Source: Oligoflexales bacterium (lineage in GTDB: Bacteria; Bdellovibrionota_B; Oligoflexia; Oligoflexales; RGVZ01). From it: DNA of 64,000 nucleotides. Positions 9,350 through 20,456 of this stretch are shown piece after piece. Location: contig CANFEB010000001.1 of NCBI GenBank assembly GCA_947445775.1, positions 80,484 through 144,483 of the forward strand, in the 5' to 3' direction. A model generated the notes under the pieces. That model searched no databases and was not told where the DNA came from. It saw only the letters and a program-made list of their open reading frames with translations. Positions within the stretch are counted from its first letter, which is position 1; the number at the start of each line of letters is the position of its first letter. The translations under genes and the position numbers were made by a program.

Positions 9350-10303
9350 TGGGCAGTGCTCATCGACGAAGTTCAAAAGATTCCTGAATTATTAGATGTG
9401 GTTCACCGACTGATTGAAGACAGGGGCATCAAATTTGGGCTTACCGGGTCAAGCGCCCGCAAGCTTAAGCACGGTGGCGCAAATCTTCTCGCCGGTAGAG
9501 CATTTGTCTATAATCTATTTCCCTTCACGTCATTTGAACTCGGTGATTCTTTTCGCCTTGAGGATGCCTTGATGTGGGGCACTCTTCCGAAAATCCATGG
9601 GTTACAAAACGCGGATGATAGAATTCAATATCTCAAATCTTACGCTAATACGTATATTCAAGAAGAGGTTTGGGAGGCTCATCTCATTAAGGATTTAGTC
9701 CCATATCGGCGCTTTTTACAAGTTGCGGCTCAAACCAACGGGGCCGTCATAAACTATTCACACATCTCAAACGACACACGTGTTGACCCCAAAACTGTTC
9801 AACGTTATTTCCAAATCCTTGAGGAAACGTTACTTGGTTTCTTTTTAGAACCATTTCATCGATCCCTTCGAAAGAGGCAGCGTGCCAATCCCAAATTCTA
9901 TTTTTTTGATATTGGCGTCCAGCGCGCGTTGACAGCTGATTTCGCGATCGATTTTGGGCGTGGATCTTTGGGTTTTGGCAATCGATTTGAGCATTTTGTA
10001 ATTTGTGAAATTGTCAGGTTGAATCACTACCATCAATCCCGGTTTGACATTTCATTTATTCGCGAAAATGACGACCTCGAAATTGATGTTGTACTCTCTC
10101 ACCCAACGGGGAAACTTTGGTTCATCGAGATTAAATCGACGGACTTCGTGCAACAAACTCATTGCGAAGCCCTTGAGTATTTCGGCGAAAAATTTCACGA
10201 CGCAAAATGCGCTGTCTGGTCTTGTGACAAAATAGCCAAATCATTTGGAAAAATATCCGCGCTACATTGGCAAAACGGACTTCAGGACGTCTTTGGAATT
10301 TAA
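9350..10303 (+). pseudogene. AAA_14/DUF4143-type ATPase fragment 2 (5'-truncated at Walker B)
   Basis: In the frame of ORF 9260-10303, homology begins at VLIDEVQKIPELL...GLTGSSARKLKHGGANLLAGRAF, with C-terminal LEIDVVL...WFIEIKST (nuclease-like D..E.K). There is no Walker A anywhere upstream. Confidence 0.75.
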
Positions 10304-10327
10304 TCAGGGGGCAAGGCATGCAAAAGC

Positions 10328-10353
10328 CCCGAGGAAATTTCTCGGGTTTTTTT
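10328..10353 (+). terminator. rho-independent terminator
   Basis: CCCGAG-GAAATTT-CTCGGG followed by T7, 25 nt after the stop at 10303. Confidence 0.7.
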
Positions 10354-10368
10354 GCAATTTGCTTGTGA

Positions 10369-11355
10369 CTATTTTTTGTAAATAACAACCAGCTCGTCGG
10401 TTTCCTTTGGCGCGGAAGCTTCGACGATGGTTAGAGAGTTATTTTTTGCATCGTACTGCCAGGTTGATGATGGCAATGTGACTCCGTTTACCGAAACGCT
10501 TATTGATGCTGAATTGGCTGACTTATGAGTAAGAATAAATTCTTTTTTGGATTCCTTGGTGATAATTGCCGCCGCAAGTTGATTTAGAAGTGCTGTCCAG
10601 TCTTCCTGGCAAAGGTCCAATACAGTGCCTTTTGTTGCGGCCGCCAGGGTTTGGTACTCGGCACCAACTGCAGCGATGTCGCACTCGGCGTTATTTGAGC
10701 CATTTTTAAGACCAATTAATCCGTGGACAAAAGTCTTATCTTTCATCATGGCATTTCCAGTGATGAATGATTGGAAAACACTAGAGGTCGTGCCACGGGC
10801 ATTGTCATCGGTCACAACGATAATGTGCTTGTTGGCTTCGGCCCGGAGCGACGAAGTACCAGCAGCACTACTAATATAGTCTTTAAGAACTTTGAGCGCG
10901 TCATTACTATTTACCATGGTGTTCACCAATAAAATTTTGTCGTCGGCCGCAGGGAATTTGAAGTTCTTACCGATCATGATGATCTTGAAGTCCAGAGCTT
11001 TTGCTTTTTCTTTGAGGGTCGTGATGAAGGTAGCCATGTTTTTTTCAAGCCGGGTCTTCTCTGAACCCATGCTACCGCTGGTGTCCATGGCAAAAACAAT
11101 ATCAACGGCAGCTACTTTTTCAGTTAAAGCGCCCTTGAATTTTTCAGTCACGGTGCCGTCGCCAGCGACCGCTATATCCGCGTCACCTTTATTGGGAGCG
11201 CCATCGGTCGATTTCTTCATAGTGCCGTCACCGGCAAAATTACTGTCCGAGCAGCTCATTATCAAACCAACCCATAGTATTGCACCAAGTGATGTGAAGA
11301 AACGCGCTGTACCAAGGCGGACTAAAGAAGTCTTTTCACTTTTGGCGTTTCTCAT
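10369..11355 (-). CDS. von Willebrand factor A domain lipoprotein
   Basis: Lipobox LIMSC and MIDAS motif VDIVFAMDTSGSMG. The gene is AT-richer than its flanks. Confidence 0.75.
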   Translation of the reverse strand: MRNAKSEKTSLVRLGTARFFTSLGAILWVGLIMSCSDSNFAGDGTMKKSTDGAPNKGDADIAVAGDGTVTEKFKGALTEKVAAVDIVFAMDTSGSMGSEKTRLEKNMATFITTLKEKAKALDFKIIMIGKNFKFPAADDKILLVNTMVNSNDALKVLKDYISSAAGTSSLRAEANKHIIVVTDDNARGTTSSVFQSFITGNAMMKDKTFVHGLIGLKNGSNNAECDIAAVGAEYQTLAAATKGTVLDLCQEDWTALLNQLAAAIITKESKKEFILTHKSANSASISVSVNGVTLPSSTWQYDAKNNSLTIVEASAPKETDELVVIYKK

Positions 11356-11566
11356 TGGGCGATATCCTTGCTGGCATGTTTTTAATTACCGATAAAAAAC
11401 TGAGGTAAATGCTCCGAGAACTCTCTTATCGGTTAGATGCTCAGAAAATTTCGCGATAACTCGTAAATACCCGATAATACTGATTTTAGGAGCGCCTGAT
11501 TAGGATGGGCAAGGGGAGGGGTTTTTGTTGAAGAAAAGCGATTGTAAGAAATGCAAGCACACTTCA

Positions 11567-12175
11567 CTACGGCGATAGAAGGCTGGTTTTCCAGTCGCCA
11601 GTACTGGCCTTTTCGTAAACCACGCGTTCGTGCAAGCGGCTTGGTTGTCCCGTCCAAAATTCAATGCGCGTCGGCGTCACACCAAAACCGCCCCAATGCG
11701 GCGGACAGGGCACGGGAGCATCCTTGAATTTGGCTTCGAATTCCGCAACGCGGCTTTCGAGGTCCGCATAACTGGCAATCTCGCGGCTTTGCTTTGATGC
11801 CCAGGCCCCAACCTGACTACCACGCGGGCGAGTCGCAAAATAGGCTTCGGATTTTTCGCGAAGGAGTTTCTCGGCAGTGCCGTCAACCCGGATTTGACGG
11901 TTAAGTGTCGGCCAAAAGAAGATCAACGTCACAAACGGATTGGCGGCAAGTTCGCGGGCCTTTCGGCTCTCGTAATTCGTGAAAAAACAAAATTTGCCAT
12001 CTTCGACAGCCTTTAACAAAACAATGCGGGCCGATGGCCTGCCATCAAGGGCGATCGTGCAAAGCGTCATGGCGTCGGCATTGGCGAGGCCACCATTCAA
12101 GCCGTCCTTGAACCAGGTATCAAACCACTCGAAGGGGTCGCGTATGGAATTGGTTGAGGCGTTGGAGGGGGGCAT
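11567..12175 (-). CDS. pdxH: pyridoxamine 5'-phosphate oxidase
   Basis: 202 aa. Motifs RIVLLK, FFTNYESRKAREL, YFATRPRGSQVGAWAS and HWGGFGVTPTRIEFW. Confidence 0.9.
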   Translation of the reverse strand: MPPSNASTNSIRDPFEWFDTWFKDGLNGGLANADAMTLCTIALDGRPSARIVLLKAVEDGKFCFFTNYESRKARELAANPFVTLIFFWPTLNRQIRVDGTAEKLLREKSEAYFATRPRGSQVGAWASKQSREIASYADLESRVAEFEAKFKDAPVPCPPHWGGFGVTPTRIEFWTGQPSRLHERVVYEKASTGDWKTSLLSP

Positions 12176-12202
12176 GGCGGCGTTCCTTAAAGAAAGAGAC
12201 GA

Positions 12203-13870
12203 CTAGTTGATCCAATTTGGCAAGGCAACCGAATCTCGCGCAGAATCATCAAGCACTGCACGGCCAATGCGCACGCCATCGAGGGCCGCACTCACAATAC
12301 CGCCTGCAAACCCAGCACCCTCACCGGCAGGAAAAATCCCAGGATGACTGACCGATTGCAACGCGCGGTCGCGCACCATGGACACTGGCGCCGAAGTTTT
12401 TGATTCAAGGCCCACAACAACCGCTTCAGGGGATAGATATCCACGCATGGTCTTGTTGTAATCGTGCATCGCCCCGCGCAGGGCTTTAACGATAAAATCA
12501 GGCAGGATCTGATCCAGGCGCGCATTGGTAATGCCAGGCTTGTAGGTCGACATGATGGCGCCCTTGGAAGCGCGCCCCTTCATGAAATCAATCAACCGCT
12601 GCGCCGGAGAGTTGTAATTACTGCCGCCCGCCGTAAATGCCTGGCGCTCCAAGGCAGCCTGATAGTGCATGCCGTCCAAGGTATGACCCTTGAAAAAATC
12701 TTCGCGCAACACATTCACAACCACAGCGGCATTGGCAAAACCACTTTTGCGGCCGTGATAACTCATTCCGTTGATCGCCAGGTGGCCAGGCTGAGCGCCG
12801 GTGGGCATCAAATGACCGCCGGGACACATGCAAAAGGTCCAAATGCCGCGCGAGGTCGACGTTGGATTGAGGCCACCTGCGGCGTGGGGCGTGCTCTCCA
12901 CCTGGGCGGCAAGTTTGTATTCGGCGGCAGCCGGCAGGGAACACGATCCAAACTGGATGCGATTGATTTGTTCTTGAGGGTGTTCAATGCGAGCCCCCAT
13001 AGCAAAGGGCTTGGGCACCATGGCCAGGCCCCTATCGAAAAGCATCTGGTAGGTGTCGCGGGCCGAATGCCCAATGGCGATGATGAAATGGTCCGTGGGA
13101 AGTTCGCGGCCGTCGTCAAGTTTAACAAGCCAACGCGCCGTTCTGCCGCCTTCAGAAAAATCAATGAAACGGTGGCCGAAAATAAATTCCGTTCCGAGGG
13201 ACTTCAAATACTCGCGCATGTTCCAGGCAACGCGCATCAAAAAGTCGGTTCCGATGTGAGGCTTGGCATCGTAAAGGATGTCGGCCGGCGCACCATGGCG
13301 GACAAACTGCTCGAACACATGACGGATCAACGGATGGTTTTTACCGCACGTTAGTTTGCCGTCAGAGAAAGTCCCGGCGCCACCTTCGCCAAAGCAGTAG
13401 TTGCTCTCCCCCTGAAAAGTCCCCGTGCGCCGCAGTTTATTCACCGTGCGCATGCGGCCTTCGACCGATTCACCGCGTTCGACAATGATGCACGGCTGGC
13501 CAGCAAGGGCCATGGTCAAAGCGGCAAAAATCCCGGCGGGGCCGGATCCAATGATGACCGGCTTGTGACGCACGCGCACCGCACCATGATCCAAGCCAGC
13601 AAGGGGATCGGCAACATTGATACCGGGAGATTTCTCGGCAACCGCCTGATTTCGCGAGAGGATTTGATCTTCGTCCTCTAGGTCCACGTCGACGGAATAC
13701 TTATAGACGATGGCCGATTTGCGGCGGGCATCCAGGGATTTTTTAAGGATCGTCATGGCCTTAAGGTTCGCCTGCGACACCCCCAGCATGCTGGTGACAG
13801 CTTGCTGCAGGGCATCCGGTGGAACATCCGTTCCAGCAGGGATTACAACCTCTTTGAGGCGCAGGGTCAT
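12203..13870 (-). CDS. FAD-dependent oxidoreductase (COG2509-like)
   Basis: 555 aa. Dinucleotide fold VIIGSGPAGIFAAL, CFGEGGAGTFSDGKL, C-terminal FPAGEGAGFAGGI. Confidence 0.7.
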   Translation of the reverse strand: MTLRLKEVVIPAGTDVPPDALQQAVTSMLGVSQANLKAMTILKKSLDARRKSAIVYKYSVDVDLEDEDQILSRNQAVAEKSPGINVADPLAGLDHGAVRVRHKPVIIGSGPAGIFAALTMALAGQPCIIVERGESVEGRMRTVNKLRRTGTFQGESNYCFGEGGAGTFSDGKLTCGKNHPLIRHVFEQFVRHGAPADILYDAKPHIGTDFLMRVAWNMREYLKSLGTEFIFGHRFIDFSEGGRTARWLVKLDDGRELPTDHFIIAIGHSARDTYQMLFDRGLAMVPKPFAMGARIEHPQEQINRIQFGSCSLPAAAEYKLAAQVESTPHAAGGLNPTSTSRGIWTFCMCPGGHLMPTGAQPGHLAINGMSYHGRKSGFANAAVVVNVLREDFFKGHTLDGMHYQAALERQAFTAGGSNYNSPAQRLIDFMKGRASKGAIMSTYKPGITNARLDQILPDFIVKALRGAMHDYNKTMRGYLSPEAVVVGLESKTSAPVSMVRDRALQSVSHPGIFPAGEGAGFAGGIVSAALDGVRIGRAVLDDSARDSVALPNWIN

Positions 13871-14165
13871 TGGCAGGGAATCCTTATTAATAAAATACGT
13901 CGAATACTATTAGAATGACCATCGAAATAGGTCAAGATTATTAATTGGCTTTGAATATGCCTCATCGGTCCCGATTTAGGCACCGAGGGTAATGGGTCTG
14001 GATTGAGAGAAACCGCATAAGTCGCCAAAGATATGGCCAAAAAGTCAATTCGACCCGTGACGCAATACGGCAGTGCATCAAACATGCAGGTTGACTTTAC
14101 CTAATAATATCATAGAGTTGGAATATCTGAAGCATAACTTCTAATTTTCTAAGGATTTCAGCATT

Positions 14166-15346
14166 ATGACCTCTCAAATCAAACGAGACTTCAATCTGGC
14201 TTCGAGAATTTCAGTTAAGTCCCTGTTTTTATTCGGACCAAGGGCCACCGGTAAAACCACGCTGATCAAGGAACAACTGACCAGCAAGGTTTTTTTAATC
14301 GACCTTTTGAAATCTAAATATTTCTTGCCACTGAGCCAAAGACCATCTGAATTAATTGAAATGATCCGGGCCGAGAAGCCAGAAATTGTGGTTATCGATG
14401 AAGTGCAGAAGCTACCAATTCTTCTCGACGAGGTGCACAACCTCATAGAATCCACAAACATTCGTTTTCTACTGACTGGCTCCAGCGCTCGGCGACTAAA
14501 GAGACAAAACGCCAATATGCTCGGAGGACGAGCCTCAAAAGCTGCATTATACCCGTTAACGTGGTTTGAACTAAATCGAGATCAGAAATTCGACCTCAAT
14601 CGCTACATTCAATTTGGAAGTCTGCCACGCGTGTATTTTTCTGAGAATCCTGCCGAAGAACTTTATGACTATGTTGATGTCTCTATCTGAAAGATGAAAT
14701 TCAGGCTGAAGCCGCCGTTAGAAATTTACCAGCGTTCAGCAGATTTCTCAAAATTGCCGCACTCAGCAGTGGCGAAGTTTTAAATTACTCAAACGTTGCC
14801 AGCGACGTAGGCCTCTCCGCAAATACGATCCGAGATTATTTCGCTATTTTAGACGACACACTTTTGGGATTTCAACTTGAACCTTGGAAATCCGCAAAAT
14901 CAAGAAAGTCCATCGCCAAAGCAAAACACTACCTGTTTGACTGTGGAGTCTTAAATACACTTTCTGGCAGCAAAAGTGTCGACAGAAACTCAAATATATA
15001 CGGCACTTGTTTTGAACATTTTATTTTGTATGAAATCCGGGCGTATAGTTCTTATCGACAACGGCGTTGGGACTTGAGCTTCTGGCGCACTGAACACGGT
15101 GTCGAAGTCGATTTAATTATCAATGACCACATAGCGATCGAAATTAAATCCACGGTCAATATCACTGCCAAAATGAAGCGCGGCCTTGAAATCATTGCGA
15201 TCGAAGCATCGTGGAACATGCGCATCATGGTAAGTCACGATCCCATCAAAAGGTGCGATGAAAATGGAATTCACATGATCCCGTACCCTGACTTTCTGGA
15301 GACACTCTGGAACGGCGGCTTCGACGACGCTGCAGAAAGCAAATAG
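14166..15346 (+). pseudogene. AAA_14/DUF4143-type ATPase, full length but frameshifted
   Basis: Walker A GPRATGKTT, Walker B VVIDEVQ, C-terminal VEVDLIINDHIAIEIKST. The frame breaks at about 14682 (GTC-TC-TATCTG, an apparent +2 TC). Beyond the break the frame reads YLKDEIQAEAAVRNLPAFSRFLK, continuous with ORF 14864-15346. Confidence 0.8.
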
Positions 15347-15361
15347 AAGAAACCTAACGGA

Positions 15362-17572
<2,211 letters not shown>

Positions 17573-17690
17573 TTAAAAAATCGCTATTTGAGCGTTTCGA
17601 AAGTTTAACCTAGTTCGACCTATAAGTCTTAATGCCCCAAATTCCACGACAACGACCACTTTTGTGATTCATGCCATAAGATTTGGCGGT

Positions 17691-18767
17691 TTATTGACAA
17701 GCCTGCGCCTCAAAGGTAACCGCCGAGGGTCGCAGCTGAAAAGCGGCACATTCGCCGCTGGGCCGATTAAAAATTAATTTAATATTTGTATCTTGCGACG
17801 AAAACCGGGTGGACGCCGCCCAACCATTCACCTGGACGCCTAAGTCCCCGTCGGTGAAGAGGCTGGCATTTTTAGTTCGGACCGACGCCGCGGCCTTCAG
17901 CAGGCGCCCCGCCTTGGAATTATCGACTAGGTTGAGCAACTCCGAGCGCTCGAAAAGGCGGCAAGCCCCCAAGCGGTCACCAGCCGACTCTATTGCGGTA
18001 CTGCCACGACTCAACAAACAAGGCCTGCCGTCAGATCCGTCGTCATAACCACGCCAGAAACGTTGCTGGACAGGAACCTCGCTGCGCGGGCCAACATACC
18101 GCCCGTCAACGCGCCCGGCATACCGGTAGGCGCGGCCTGTGATGGGCTTGGACTGCCCGCTGGCGGGGCAGGAAAATGCGGCACTGGTCGCCATGACGCT
18201 GCTCGCCTTGCGGTCCTGAACCGCCTTGGAAAGGTCCCGCGAACTGCATGCAAATGTCAGAGTAAACGCTGCGATCTGGCGGTCAACAATCATGGTGTCG
18301 TCACCGGCCAATGCGATGCTGTCTGGGGGCATAAAAATGGCAAGCGGCTTAGCGACACATGCCGTTACGTCAGCCTCGAATCTTAACTTGAGCTGCCCTG
18401 CAGACTTGCCCTCAGGCGGAACATGCCAGGCCTCATCGGTCACAACAAATTCGCCATCACAGAAAATGGAGTTTTGAATATCAGCTGCCGTGCCACCAGC
18501 TGCCGCGGCCATTACGCCATCATCAAAATCAAACATTCGTCCAAGGGACGCATCGGCGAGGGCCCTCGATCCCTGGATGGTCGTGTCCAATTCGGCCTTG
18601 GAGGCCACTGAAAATCCTGTGCCATCCATCACATTGCGATTGTCATCAAGGACGTTACCGCCATCTTGGACTTTGCGCTTGGAATCGCTGCCCTTACCGC
18701 ACGAGGTTGCCAATGCCGCCAGCAAAACCGTTGCGCTCAAGAACGACAAGAACGAATGGAATCTCAT
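17691..18767 (-). CDS. Cys-containing lipoprotein, unknown function
   Basis: ORF 17691-18854. Start M30 gives MRFHSFLSFLSATVLLAALATSC (lipobox). Confidence 0.55.
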   Translation of the reverse strand: MRFHSFLSFLSATVLLAALATSCGKGSDSKRKVQDGGNVLDDNRNVMDGTGFSVASKAELDTTIQGSRALADASLGRMFDFDDGVMAAAAGGTAADIQNSIFCDGEFVVTDEAWHVPPEGKSAGQLKLRFEADVTACVAKPLAIFMPPDSIALAGDDTMIVDRQIAAFTLTFACSSRDLSKAVQDRKASSVMATSAAFSCPASGQSKPITGRAYRYAGRVDGRYVGPRSEVPVQQRFWRGYDDGSDGRPCLLSRGSTAIESAGDRLGACRLFERSELLNLVDNSKAGRLLKAAASVRTKNASLFTDGDLGVQVNGWAASTRFSSQDTNIKLIFNRPSGECAAFQLRPSAVTFEAQACQ

Positions 18768-18948
18768 GTGATCACGCCACCTGGGAAAGTTCGCAAAGAA
18801 ATTTTCGGTAATTACGCCTGGTAATATCATCTCGCAAAACGGGCTCGGCTTCAATTGCGAACCAATTCCAGTCGCGTTGCCTTAAACTGGTGGCTATCAA
18901 AGATTCTGGTATAGTTTTAGTTGGGGCGAAAATCGGGCGAGGACACCC

Positions 18949-19653
18949 ATGATGCAGGCTAATGTGAACGCTGGAAATCGTGGTGTTGGATGTTTGATTG
19001 TTTTTTTCGTGACAGGGCTGACCCTGTTGGGCTGTGGCACTACTGCGCATGCAATGCCCGGCATAGGCAACGACCGCGAATCAACAGGCACCCCAGCAGC
19101 AACTAATGCCCCTGAATCAACTGGCGCCCTCGAATCACCAGACGCTGGCGGATCGGGTGTGACCGACGACGGGCGCCTTCTGGCCCCACGAAAAAAATCG
19201 GCCCGGCGCGGGCGAGAACCCAGACTTTGGAGCATCGGGGGGCGGGTGGGCAGCCTTGGCAATATGGGCATCCTCACCCAATACATTGGCGAGGGTGCTG
19301 TCGCCTGGAATTTCGGCATAAATTTTAAGGACTATGGTGGCAACCCAGCCCTTGGAATGACTCTGGAGCGCCTGCATCTATTTGACGACGACTTTAATTC
19401 GCTGACCTGGGGAAACCTGCCCAAGTGGCATGAAAGTCGCGGCAAAATCGTTTACCTGGCTGGCCCCGGAGTCCAAATGGACGCCCAAGGGCTTTACCCG
19501 CGGATCTCAGCGGGAGCGCAGTACACGATGGTGGGCGACCCGCTCACCTGGTCGGCCCAGGCAACGCTATTTGTTGGGCAATTGGCCGGCACCAAGCCCG
19601 AAGTCGGCTTGGGAATAACCCCGGAAATCGGGGTTAGGTATGTCCTAGAATGA
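18949..19653 (+). CDS. hypothetical lipoprotein with a beta-rich C-terminal half
   Basis: Signal peptide with LLGC lipobox, a Pro/Thr/Gly linker, then alternating beta-like segments. Confidence 0.45.
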   Translation: MMQANVNAGNRGVGCLIVFFVTGLTLLGCGTTAHAMPGIGNDRESTGTPAATNAPESTGALESPDAGGSGVTDDGRLLAPRKKSARRGREPRLWSIGGRVGSLGNMGILTQYIGEGAVAWNFGINFKDYGGNPALGMTLERLHLFDDDFNSLTWGNLPKWHESRGKIVYLAGPGVQMDAQGLYPRISAGAQYTMVGDPLTWSAQATLFVGQLAGTKPEVGLGITPEIGVRYVLE

Positions 19654-19828
19654 ACTCTCAAGGGACTTGGGTGATTTTTTGCTTGCCGAACGGCGGCCGG
19701 TGACATAGTTAGCCTTCGAATCCAGTTTTTGAAATGACGCGAATCGAATTGTTTTTCCCATATAAGCCAGCGATTGGGCTGGTGTTTCTACAGGGCGCCG
19801 CAAATGCCCTTCTATGAGGAGACCGAAG

Positions 19829-20401
19829 ATGATCTGTTTCAGCACCCGTACGTTCTTGTCCCGCACTGTCCTAGTCCTGGCCTCTATCTTGCCTTCGTTT
19901 CTGACCTCATGTGGAGAGGCACCGAGTGAATCGGCTGCCTACCTTGCTAGCATCTCCTCGAATAACAAGCCTGGTTTTCAAAACGATTCCCGCTTTCCGA
20001 CCACCCCAGATTCCGAAATGACCCCGGGCAGCAAGTGCAGCAAGCCGGATTCTTATCGCTACAGCGAAAGAGTTCCCTACTGTGAACGCGACGTGGAAAC
20101 CTCCCGCAAGGCCCGCCTTTTTGTGGCTTACGACCGCGAGCTTGGCTTTACGACGGGCCACATGCAACGTACCCAGTTCAAGATCGACCATCACATTCCA
20201 TTGTGCATGGGCGGCAGCAATGAAAATGACAACCTGTGGCCCCAGCACAGCACGGTCTATGAGCTGACTGATCCAGCAGAAGGCTACCTGTGTGAGCAGA
20301 TGTCATCTGGCCGCTTGCGCCAAGCTCAAGCCATTGCGATCATTCGCGAGATGAAGCAGGCGCCAGATCGCGCCCGTCAAATCCTGCCCGACGCTTTCTG
20401 A
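19829..20401 (+). CDS. exported HNH nuclease-like lipoprotein
   Basis: ATG 19829 lies 7 nt after GAGGAG. Lipobox FLTSC. HNH core FKIDHHIPLCMGGSNENDNLWPQH. Confidence 0.6.
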   Translation: MICFSTRTFLSRTVLVLASILPSFLTSCGEAPSESAAYLASISSNNKPGFQNDSRFPTTPDSEMTPGSKCSKPDSYRYSERVPYCERDVETSRKARLFVAYDRELGFTTGHMQRTQFKIDHHIPLCMGGSNENDNLWPQHSTVYELTDPAEGYLCEQMSSGRLRQAQAIAIIREMKQAPDRARQILPDAF

Positions 20402-20424
20402 ACAGACTTTAAGATTATTTTTTA

Positions 20425-20456
20425 ATAGCCGCTGGCGCGAAAGTGCCAGCGGCTAT
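20425..20456. terminator. 12-bp perfect hairpin between convergent genes
   Basis: ATAGCCGCTGGC-GCGAAAGT-GCCAGCGGCTAT. It contains the TAG stop (20453-20455) of the 829-aa gene. There is no clean U-run on either side. Confidence 0.45.

Noticed and set aside
11426-11452. GAAA-N15-ACCGATAA upstream of the vWA lipoprotein gene, as a sigma28 promoter
   Set aside because: It has two mismatches, including one in the -35 TAAA. It is plausible but too weak to call without a genome-wide motif model.
12464-13354. 296-aa plus-strand ORF, plus similar long antisense ORFs (e.g. 3136-3693, 15782-16342, 27210-27746, 62423-63313)
   Set aside because: Each lies entirely inside a confidently identified gene on the other strand (FAD protein, ATP-grasp-like, katG, fliH, flgD). 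Their Arg/Gly/Ala-rich composition is typical of antisense frames.
19715-19723. TTCGAATCC, a tRNA T-loop-like motif
   Set aside because: The flanking bases cannot form a T-stem, and no acceptor or anticodon stems are evident. It is not a tRNA.
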